Below are positions 9,178 to 17,013 of a stretch of DNA of 57,082 nucleotides, piece after piece; position 1 is the first letter of the stretch; the number at the start of each line of letters is the position of its first letter. The notes below the pieces were generated by a model. That model saw only the letters and a list, made by a program, of their open reading frames with translations, searched no databases and was not told where the DNA came from. A program made the position numbers and the translations under genes. This DNA is from Actinomycetes bacterium (GTDB taxonomy: Bacteria; Actinomycetota; Actinomycetes; Streptosporangiales; Streptosporangiaceae): NCBI GenBank assembly GCA_003242605.2, contig QGUZ02000001.1:1-57082 (forward strand). Reading direction: 5' to 3'.

Positions 9178-9691
9178 CGTCGGTCTCGCTGATGACGATC
9201 TCCTGCCAGAAAAGCCGCACCTCGGGGAAACCCGGGTTGCCGACCTCCTCCTCGGGCGGCCACTGGTCCGCCAGCGGGCCGACGGTCTCGGTTTCCACGG
9301 GGTCGGGCGTGGAGGCGGGGTGCGTGGGCTCCGGCCATTCGGCGGGGCGCGGCGGCGGGGTCCGCTCGGGGACCTTGGGCCTGTGGTAAGACGGGACGGC
9401 CCGGGTCGCGGCGGCGCTCGGCCGGGTGGCGGCCGGGCGGTGGCGGCGGTGATCCCGGGGAGAGACGGCCTGCTCGCCGCGGTTGCGGCTGCGAGCCGGG
9501 CGCGACCCGGTCGGCACGGGATCCGGGATCGGGTGCGCGTCCACCGACGGCGGGGCGGCGGGTTCGTCCGGGCGCCGCTCCCGGACGCCCGTCGGCGAGA
9601 AGAGGTATATCGCCGCCGACGCCAAAAGGGAGACGCCGCACAGCGCCGCGACTAAAACGATGACCGCACGGCGTCGGTTCTGTTTCTCCAT
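9161..9691 (-). CDS. Hypothetical single-TM Pro/Arg-rich protein
   Basis: MEKQNRRR followed by a hydrophobic helix; GGAGG SD upstream; overlaps the downstream gene by 17 bp. Confidence 0.6.
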   Translation of the reverse strand: MEKQNRRRAVIVLVAALCGVSLLASAAIYLFSPTGVRERRPDEPAAPPSVDAHPIPDPVPTGSRPARSRNRGEQAVSPRDHRRHRPAATRPSAAATRAVPSYHRPKVPERTPPPRPAEWPEPTHPASTPDPVETETVGPLADQWPPEEEVGNPGFPEVRLFWQEIVISETDDAERP

Positions 9692-10258
9692 CTTGTCGCC
9701 TCCCGCGAAGTTCGGGCGGTCGGCGTCCTTCGCTTTATGGGCGGTCGCCGTCGCCGGATCCGAGTGACAGAAGACGGAGGCCGCCTTCGCGGACGGTGAT
9801 CATACATTACTCCGGCTGTGCACGGAAATCGCGTACGGACACGCGAGTTGCCTTACAGAAAAGCACGTCGAGGGCCTCCTGCGGGGCCTTGCCGGGCATT
9901 TTCCCGAGCAATTACCGAGCACTGATGAGTATTTGAAACCGCACCGTCATATCGGCATGGACGGTGGGATCAACAAAGGCGGACGGCGTCGTTGAGATCG
10001 GTGCGGACGCGCTGCGGTCGGGGCTCGTTTCCGTGGTTCTCGACGCGCCAATTCGGGAGATATCAGAGTCAATTCCGCGAACCGGGCGGGTGGCTGAGGC
10101 GGGCGGCCCATCGTCGCGTTGCGTGCCGGACCCGCGCCGTGCCCGCCGGGACGTGCGGCCCGCAGGGTCGGCGGGGCCCGGGGTCCACCGGGCCGTCCGG
10201 CCGCCCGCCGGGCGCGCGGCCGGGTGGCCGCGCGGAGCCGGGAGCGGCCCCAGGGATC

Positions 10259-10768
10259 TCAGGCCCGGCGGCGACCCCACGGCCACCACCGGCGGCGCCG
10301 GGGCGCGGCCTCCTCGCGGGCCGGCGGGGTCTCCGGCTCGGCGGCGGCCGCCTCGGCCTCGCGGGCGCGCCGGGCGGCCCGCCACAGCTCGAGCATCTCG
10401 TCGAGGTCGACCAGCCCGACCGGGACGTTCGGGCCGGACGGGGCCCGCCAGTGCTCCCTGATCTGCGCGTTGAGGTCCTCGACCGCGTCCCGGACCGCCT
10501 GCTCGGACGGCAGGTCGGCGACCGTCTCCCGCAGGCGTTGCCGCTCCTTGCGCAGCCGCAGGGCGGGCGGCAGCATCGCGGACGGGTCGAGCCCTTCGGC
10601 GATGGCCTTCTGCCGCGCCCACCACATCGGATCGCTCGCCCGGTGCAGGTTGCGCAGCGGCTTCCCGGCGCCGGGCAGGTTGTCGAACTTGCCCTCCTCG
10701 ATCGCCCGGCGGATCTGCACCTCCACCCAGGTCTCCTGGCTCATGCCGGGCGGCTTGCGTTCGGTGAT
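10259..10768 (-). CDS. DUF1992 (DnaJC28-like) domain protein
   Basis: ETWVEVQIRRAIEEGKFDNLPGAGKPL motif. Start placed at ATC 10768 by SD and family N-terminus; the first ATG is at 10744. Confidence 0.85.
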   Translation of the reverse strand: MTERKPPGMSQETWVEVQIRRAIEEGKFDNLPGAGKPLRNLHRASDPMWWARQKAIAEGLDPSAMLPPALRLRKERQRLRETVADLPSEQAVRDAVEDLNAQIREHWRAPSGPNVPVGLVDLDEMLELWRAARRAREAEAAAAEPETPPAREEAAPRRRRWWPWGRRRA

Positions 10769-10865
10769 GATGCCCTCCTCGACGGCGTCCCGGACACGTG
10801 CGGCCCGTCTCCCACGGTAGGCGGTGCCGTAACGCGGGGGACGGGCCGGGCGGGGCGACGCGGGG

Positions 10866-11531
10866 TCAGCGGCGGGTCAGCGTCCAGGCGCCGTCGGCCT
10901 TGACCGTGACGAGCCGGGTGCCGGTGGGGAGCACGACCCTGCCGCGGTAGCGGCCGATCTCGTTGACGAGCAGCTCGGGGAAGCGGCCGAGCCGGGTGTG
11001 GCCGTGGACGATGAAGTTCGACCCGCCGGTGTGGACGGCGCGCATCGTGCGCAGCCCTCGGGTGGGGGTGAGCTTGAGCACCTGGTCACCCCGGCCGCGG
11101 ATGGTGCCCTTGCACCAGCAGCGGGCCTTGCCGACCGGCATGAACGTGGCGGTCCAGTGGCCGTCGGCCCGGATGCTCAGCGCGGCCACCTCGCGCGAGC
11201 CGTACCCGTTGTAGAGGACGGTGCCGTCGTACTCGCCGATCTCGTTGACGAGGTACTCGCTCACCTTCCCCCGGCGGTCGAGCGTGCGGACGATGAAGTT
11301 CGAGTCGCCGTCGTGGGTGAACCGGATGAGCCCGGGCTTGCGGGTCACGCGGACGCGGATCACGTCGTCGCCCACCCCCTGGTAGCGCCGGTCGGCGGCG
11401 GCCGCCTGGGAGGCCCGATCGGCGGCGGCCGCGGCGGGGGCGGAGACGAGGCCGGTGACGAGCACGGGGGCGAGCAGAGTGGCGAGCAGAGTGGCGAGCA
11501 CGGCCGGTACGGCGAGCATGCGGCGGAACAT
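10866..11531 (-). CDS. Secreted hypothetical protein with two internal beta-rich repeats
   Basis: Signal peptide ending in an Ala-rich cleavage region; repeated G.GD.V / H.G.SNFIV / LVNEIG.Y.G.V / .ADG.W units. Confidence 0.8.
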   Translation of the reverse strand: MFRRMLAVPAVLATLLATLLAPVLVTGLVSAPAAAAADRASQAAAADRRYQGVGDDVIRVRVTRKPGLIRFTHDGDSNFIVRTLDRRGKVSEYLVNEIGEYDGTVLYNGYGSREVAALSIRADGHWTATFMPVGKARCWCKGTIRGRGDQVLKLTPTRGLRTMRAVHTGGSNFIVHGHTRLGRFPELLVNEIGRYRGRVVLPTGTRLVTVKADGAWTLTRR

Positions 11532-11690
11532 GGCTGATCTCCTCGACGAGGCTTTTCGGGACTGTGCTGCGGACGGGACCGGCGGGGCCCGGAAGGCGAC
11601 GCGTCGAACGCGCGCGGCGGCCCGTGGCGGCCGACGGGCGGGCCCGCCGGGGCGGAGGGAACCGGCGGAGAGGACCGGAGGAGAGGAAGG

Positions 11691-12464
11691 TCAGCGGAGC
11701 GCGACGGTGACGCCGCCGGAGAACGGGGAGTCGTGCAGCTCGATCGCGGTGAGCACGGCGTCCTTCGGCACGTCGAACAGCAGGATCCCCTTGACGCTGT
11801 TCCCCGGGTTGATCGTGGTGAGGAACGCGTTGGAGTCCTTGAGGCTGACCGCGGCCGTGCCGGAGTCGGCGTCGAACCGGCGGCCCTTGGCGTCGATGAG
11901 CTTCTGCGACGAGCCGTGGAACACCTGGGCCTCGTCGCCGATGTTCTTCACGGTCACGTGGACGAGCACGTACTGGCCCTGGGCGGTGGACGCGGCGAGG
12001 CCCTCGCCCACCCGGGACAGGCCCTTGCGCACCTTGGTCACCTTGAAGGCGAACCTGCCGTCGCGCACCACGTCCCCGATGCCGGGCGTGCGCGGGTTGG
12101 CGCCGCCGGAGGGCCTGGACTCGCCCGCGGCCGCGCCCGCGGACGCCGACCGGTCGGCCGCGATGCCGTCACCGCCGCCGGACAGGACGCCGACGACGCC
12201 GAGCACGAGGAGCACGGCGACGCCGGTCAGCACCGCCGTGAGGCGGCCGCCGCGCCGCCGTGCCACGGCGGGTCGCCGCGGGTACGGCGCGGCCGGCCCG
12301 CCGGGCGGCGGCGCGACCTGACCGTAGGGGACCTGATGCGGGCCGGGATGACCTGGGTTGCTGTGCACGGGACTCCAAGCGGGTGCTGCAGGAACGGGAA
12401 CGGTGGGTGCGGCGCACCCCGGCAGGCCCGGCGTGCGCGGCGCGGCGGAACGCCCCGCCGCCAC
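11691..12464 (-). CDS. DUF4352 domain membrane-anchored protein (start uncertain)
   Basis: PGIGDVVRDGRFAFKVT...AQGQYVLVHVTVKNIGDE...INPGNSVKGILLFDVP...IELHDSPFSGGV. Confidence 0.8.
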   Translation of the reverse strand: MAAGRSAAPRTPGLPGCAAPTVPVPAAPAWSPVHSNPGHPGPHQVPYGQVAPPPGGPAAPYPRRPAVARRRGGRLTAVLTGVAVLLVLGVVGVLSGGGDGIAADRSASAGAAAGESRPSGGANPRTPGIGDVVRDGRFAFKVTKVRKGLSRVGEGLAASTAQGQYVLVHVTVKNIGDEAQVFHGSSQKLIDAKGRRFDADSGTAAVSLKDSNAFLTTINPGNSVKGILLFDVPKDAVLTAIELHDSPFSGGVTVALR

Positions 12465-12831
12465 GTGCGGGGTGCGCGCGACGCGACCGCGCCGGTCGCG
12501 TCGCGCCCACGAGCCACACCATCGCCAGCGCTGTCGACAGCCACTATTAGAGCACCTGTGTACTCAAAACACAACCGAATTAGAGGCGTTCTGATCCACG
12601 ACGAATGAACGCCGGGCTCGGACGTCACGAATGGGCATGCCGCGCGGCCCGCCGTTCCCGCCGCCGACGCAGCGCAGCCAAGGAAAACGCCCCGGGAGGC
12701 GCGGGGCGCGCGGCGAGGTGAAGGACGCCTCGCGTTCATCCGGACGCGACCGCGGTGCCCTGGCTCTCCGGCCCGTCCGCTGCCGCGGCCCGCGTGCCCC
12801 AGGGGACGCGCGAGGCGCGCCGTCCGTGGGG

Positions 12832-15057
12832 CTACTGGGCCCCGGCCGCCACCGCGGCGGGCCCGGACGCGTCCCGGGTCGCCCCGTCCGGGTCGGCGCC
12901 GGGGAACGCGATGCCGAGGGCGCGCAGCAGCGGGATCGCCTTGACCGCGGTCTCCTCGTACTCCGCCGCCGGGTCGGAGAGCGCGACGATCGCCCCGCCC
13001 ACGCCGTACGACAGGCCCTCGGGCGTGATCACCGCGGTGCGGATCACCATGCTCAGGTCGGCCGCGCCGGTGAGCGAGAAGAAGCCGATCGCGCCGGAGT
13101 AGACGCCGCGCGGCCCGGCCTCCAGCTCGTCGATGATCTGCATCGTGCGGATCTTCGGGGCCCCGGTCATCGAGCCGCCGGGGAACGCGGCCCGCACGCA
13201 GTCGACCGCCGAGGCGTCCGGCCGCAGCCGCGCCCGTACCGTGCTGACGAGCTGGTGCACGGTGGCGTACGTCTCCACGTCGAAGATCTTGGCGACGTGC
13301 ACCGAGCCGACCTCGGCGACCCGGCCCAGGTCGTTGCGGACCAGGTCGACGATCATCAGGTTCTCGGCGACGTCCTTCTCGCAGGTGGCGAGCTCCTTGG
13401 CGATGAGCGCGTCCTCGGCGGGGGTGCGGCCGCGCGGCCGGGTGCCCTTGATCGGCTTGGACTCCACGGTGCCGTCCGCCGACACCCGCAGGAACCGCTC
13501 GGGCGAGGAGCTGAGCACCGAGACCGGGCCGAGCCGCAGGTAGGCGCCGAACGTGGCCGGGCTGATCCGGCGCAGCGCCCGGTAGCACTGCCAGGGGTCG
13601 AACTCGCCGGCCACGTGCAGCATGTTGGTGAGGCACACCTCGTACGTCTCGCCGCGGCGGATCGCGTCCTGGCAGGCGGCGATCAGCTCCAGGTAGCGGG
13701 CGCGGTCGTGCCGCAGCCGCACCGGCCCCGCCGTACCGGGGGAGCCGACCGGGCCGGGGCGGCGGCCGGCGAGGGCGCGCAGCCGTGCCGCGGTCTCCGC
13801 CAGCCAGGCGAGCGCCGGGTCCCGGTCGCCGCCCGCGGCGAGCGCGAGCAGGTGCGTGGTCGCGGTGGCGTGGTCGAACACGATCGCCCGGTCGGCGAAG
13901 ATCATCGCCGCGTCGGGGGTGGGGGAGCGGTGCGCGTCCGCGCCGCCGCACTCGGCCTTCAGCTCGTAGCCGAGGTAGCCGACCCAGCCGAGCGCGAACT
14001 CCAGCGGCAGCGCCGGCGTCCGCGCCCGCCACCGGCGCAGGTCGGCGTCGAGCCAGTCGAGGAAGCGCCGCTCGGCCGTGCGCGTCCGCCCGCCCTCGGT
14101 CACGGTCACCGTGCCGTGCCGTACGTCGGCGGTCACCACGCGCGCGAGCGGCCCGGAGGCGTCGCCCATCACCGAGAACCGCCCGGCGCCCTCGTGCACC
14201 AGGCCGCTGTCGAGCCAGAAGGCGTGCTCGGAGCCGCCGAACAGCGCCTCGAATACCACCTCGTCGTGCCACTCGGTGGGCAGCGAGCGGACGAGCACCT
14301 CCGCCTCCACCGGGTCCGGCGCGGCCGGCCGGTCCGGCATGCTGAGGGACCCTGTGACGGACCCTGTGAGGGACCCTGTTACGGATGCTGTGAGGGACGC
14401 CGGGACGGACGCTGCGGGGGACGCGACCGGGGGCGGCGGGGCGGGCGCCGCGGAGAGGCGGACCACCGGGCGCGGCCGGGGGTGCTCGCGGGTGAGGTCG
14501 CGGAAGTTTGCGAGGATGCGGTGCCCGTACCGGGTGCGGATCGACTCGGGGTGGAACTGCAGGCCCCAGATCGGGCGGGTGCGGTGGCGCAGCGCCATCA
14601 GCACCCCGTCGGGGGTCCACGCGGTCGCCTCCAGCTCCTCGGGCAGCGAGGTCACCGCGAGCGAGTGGTAGCGCACCACCTCGAAGGGGGACGGCACCCC
14701 GGCGAACAGCCGGTCGCCGCGGTGCTCGACCGGGGAGAGCCGGCCGTGGCGCGGCTCGGGCGCGGGCCCGACCGTGCCGCCGTGGACGTACGCCACGCCC
14801 TGGTGGCCGAGGCAGACGCCGAGCAGCGGGATCTCGGCCCGCTCGATCACCTCGCGGCAGATGCCGAAGTCCGCCTCCCGGTACGGCGCGCCCGGCCCCG
14901 GCGAGATGACGACGTTGTCGAAGTGCGCGAGGTCGGACGGCCGCCAGCGGGGGTCGTCGTTGCGGATGACGACCGGGGGACGGCCGTTCAGCTCCGCGAG
15001 GTAGTGCCAGAGGTTGTAGGTGAACGAGTCGTAGTTGTCTATCAGCAGCGTCCGCAT
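12832..15057 (-). CDS. pabAB: Fused aminodeoxychorismate synthase (glutamine amidotransferase plus component I)
   Basis: MRTLLIDNYDSFTYNL, LGVCLGHQ, QFHPES, PIKGTRPRG, ENLMIVDLVRNDL, FPGGSMTGAPK. Confidence 0.93.
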   Translation of the reverse strand: MRTLLIDNYDSFTYNLWHYLAELNGRPPVVIRNDDPRWRPSDLAHFDNVVISPGPGAPYREADFGICREVIERAEIPLLGVCLGHQGVAYVHGGTVGPAPEPRHGRLSPVEHRGDRLFAGVPSPFEVVRYHSLAVTSLPEELEATAWTPDGVLMALRHRTRPIWGLQFHPESIRTRYGHRILANFRDLTREHPRPRPVVRLSAAPAPPPPVASPAASVPASLTASVTGSLTGSVTGSLSMPDRPAAPDPVEAEVLVRSLPTEWHDEVVFEALFGGSEHAFWLDSGLVHEGAGRFSVMGDASGPLARVVTADVRHGTVTVTEGGRTRTAERRFLDWLDADLRRWRARTPALPLEFALGWVGYLGYELKAECGGADAHRSPTPDAAMIFADRAIVFDHATATTHLLALAAGGDRDPALAWLAETAARLRALAGRRPGPVGSPGTAGPVRLRHDRARYLELIAACQDAIRRGETYEVCLTNMLHVAGEFDPWQCYRALRRISPATFGAYLRLGPVSVLSSSPERFLRVSADGTVESKPIKGTRPRGRTPAEDALIAKELATCEKDVAENLMIVDLVRNDLGRVAEVGSVHVAKIFDVETYATVHQLVSTVRARLRPDASAVDCVRAAFPGGSMTGAPKIRTMQIIDELEAGPRGVYSGAIGFFSLTGAADLSMVIRTAVITPEGLSYGVGGAIVALSDPAAEYEETAVKAIPLLRALGIAFPGADPDGATRDASGPAAVAAGAQ
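14343..14402. repeat. Degenerate 12-bp tandem repeat x5 in the PabA-PabB linker
   Basis: TGAGGGACCCTG/TGACGGACCCTG/TGAGGGACCCTG/TTACGGATGCTG/TGAGGGACGCCG, encoding ASLT-ASVT-GSLT-GSVT-GSLS. Confidence 0.9.
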
Positions 15058-15522
15058 GTTCCCCGCCCGCCGCCATCCCACCCGGACGGCCCGGCGCCCG
15101 CCGATCGGCGTGCCCGCGTCGCCGACGCCCCGGCGGATGACCGTCCGGTGACCCGGTCCTGCCCGCGGGGACGACGGGCGGCCGGTGGGCCGCGGACCGG
15201 TCCTCCCTCGCGAGGCACTTCATCCTAGGTCAGCCGGGAGGAATCGGGCACCGCGCATCGTCCCGGCGCCCCTCGGAGCCATGACCCGGCCGCCCAGCGA
15301 CATTTGACGGATGCGCCGCCCGCGCGCGCCCGAACCGCCGTGCGGCGCCCGGCCAGAGGGCCGGGACGGGCGGGAACGCCGCCCGGTCATGCGTGCCTTG
15401 TGGCGGTATCGGATGACATGCGCCCTTGACCGGCAGAAGGGCGCGAAGGGTCAATTGCGACCAAATGCGTCCCCTGTCTGCGCCAATATGGGCAGGTACC
15501 AATCTGACGGGGGAGGAATCAG

Positions 15523-16608
15523 ATGAACGAGGGACGAGCAGAGCAGACGGACGTCACGCTGCCGTCCTGGAAGGAGGTGCTGTCGACGCCGCCGCCGCGG
15601 CGGGTGTTCGACGAGCCGGCGACACCGGCGGACGAGCCCGAGGTGCGTGACCGCATCGCGGTGCACGTGGTGTGGGAGATCCTGCTGGCGATCGCCGCGG
15701 CGGGGCTCGTGATGGCGAACCTCTCCCAGGCGTCCGCCCAGCACCTCACCGGACTGCTCGGCTCCGCGGGCGTCGTGGGGCTGCTCGCGGTCGGCCTGTC
15801 GTTCTCGTTCCGCACCGTGGCGCCCAACCTCGCCGTCGGCGCGATCGCCGCGGCCACCGGCGCGTTCGTCGCCGTCCTGGTCCGGGACGGCTGGTCCGCG
15901 ACGACGGCGATCGCGGCCGGGATCGGCGCGGCCCTGGCGGTGGGCGTGCTGCTCGGCCTGCTCGTCATGGTGCTGTCGGTGCCCGCCTGGGCGGTCACGC
16001 TCGGCGCGGCCGTCGTGCTGGCCGCGGCCGTCCCCGGGCTCACCCAGGGGACCGCGGTCGAGGCCTCGCTCGGGACGTTCCCGGCCATCCCGGCCTTCGT
16101 GGCGTTCGCCGCGCTGTCCATGATCGGGGGAGCGGTGTGGCTGATCCCCGGGGTACGGCGGGCGCTCGCCGGCCTGCGGCGCGAGGGGGACCCCGCCGAG
16201 CGGGCCGGGCTGCGGGCCGGGCTCGGCGCGCTCGCCGGGCTGGCCGGGTCGAGCCTGCTCGCGGGCGCGGCCGGCATCCTCGACCTCATGCGGCTCAACT
16301 CGGCCGCGGCGGCGGCCGAGATCGTGCCGGTGACCGCGCTCGCCGCGGTCCTCATCGGGGGCGTGAGCGTCTATGGGCGCCGGGCGGGCATCTTCGGCAC
16401 CCTCCTCGGTGTCGTGATCATGGTGAGCGCCGGGTCGCTGCTCGCCATGCAGAACACGCCCGCGTGGCTGGTCCAGGCCTTCGGCGGGGGGATGGTCGTG
16501 GCCGGCCTGCTCGTGTCCCGGCTCGTCGAGGGGGTCAACGCGACGCTCAACCGCCGTCGCGGGCGCCGGGAGCCGCGCCACGCCGCGTCGGATGCCGGAA
16601 AGGCATGA
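15523..16608 (+). CDS. Orphan RbsC-like ABC transporter permease
   Basis: Multiple TM helices, ALAAVLIGGVSVYGRRAGIFGTLLG motif; GGAGG SD. Confidence 0.75.
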   Translation: MNEGRAEQTDVTLPSWKEVLSTPPPRRVFDEPATPADEPEVRDRIAVHVVWEILLAIAAAGLVMANLSQASAQHLTGLLGSAGVVGLLAVGLSFSFRTVAPNLAVGAIAAATGAFVAVLVRDGWSATTAIAAGIGAALAVGVLLGLLVMVLSVPAWAVTLGAAVVLAAAVPGLTQGTAVEASLGTFPAIPAFVAFAALSMIGGAVWLIPGVRRALAGLRREGDPAERAGLRAGLGALAGLAGSSLLAGAAGILDLMRLNSAAAAAEIVPVTALAAVLIGGVSVYGRRAGIFGTLLGVVIMVSAGSLLAMQNTPAWLVQAFGGGMVVAGLLVSRLVEGVNATLNRRRGRREPRHAASDAGKA

Positions 16609-17013
16609 ATGGCCGGCTCGTGACCGACCGCCGGTAGCGTGACAGACCGCGCTCGCCGCCGTTCCCCATCCCCACGGCGGCGGGCGCCCCTTCCGCCGTG
16701 ATCTCGCCGCCGGCGGCGGGACGGCGGCCCGGATCGGCGGCGCCCGCGTGACCTCGATCGGCGCTTCCGCGCGTCGCACCGGCACGGCCGCACACGACGC
16801 CGCGCGAGGCGGGCGGCGTGCCGAGGCCGGGGACGCGACACCGCCGGGAAGACGCCGGCGTGCAGTGGATTTCGTACGACAGGACGGCGTGGCCGGATCC
16901 GGATGGCCGCGAGCATACGCGTGCCCGAAGAAGGCGTGCTAGCCTTCACTCTTGCACGCTATAGCGCTGATGCGCAAAGTCCCTCACTTCTATTCTACCG
17001 GAAGGGTGGGCAA

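Noticed and set aside
14343-14402. CRISPR array, here and at the other short repeats
   Set aside because: 12-bp units without spacers, inside coding linkers, and no cas genes.
12832-15057. pabAB as a marker of a secondary-metabolite cluster
   Set aside because: No PKS, NRPS or tailoring genes nearby; most simply folate-related PABA supply.
16620-17013. Rifamycin-associated element (RAE) upstream of helD, which would suggest HelR
   Set aside because: No 19-bp RAE-like palindrome is visible; only a short CGCTATAGCG palindrome.
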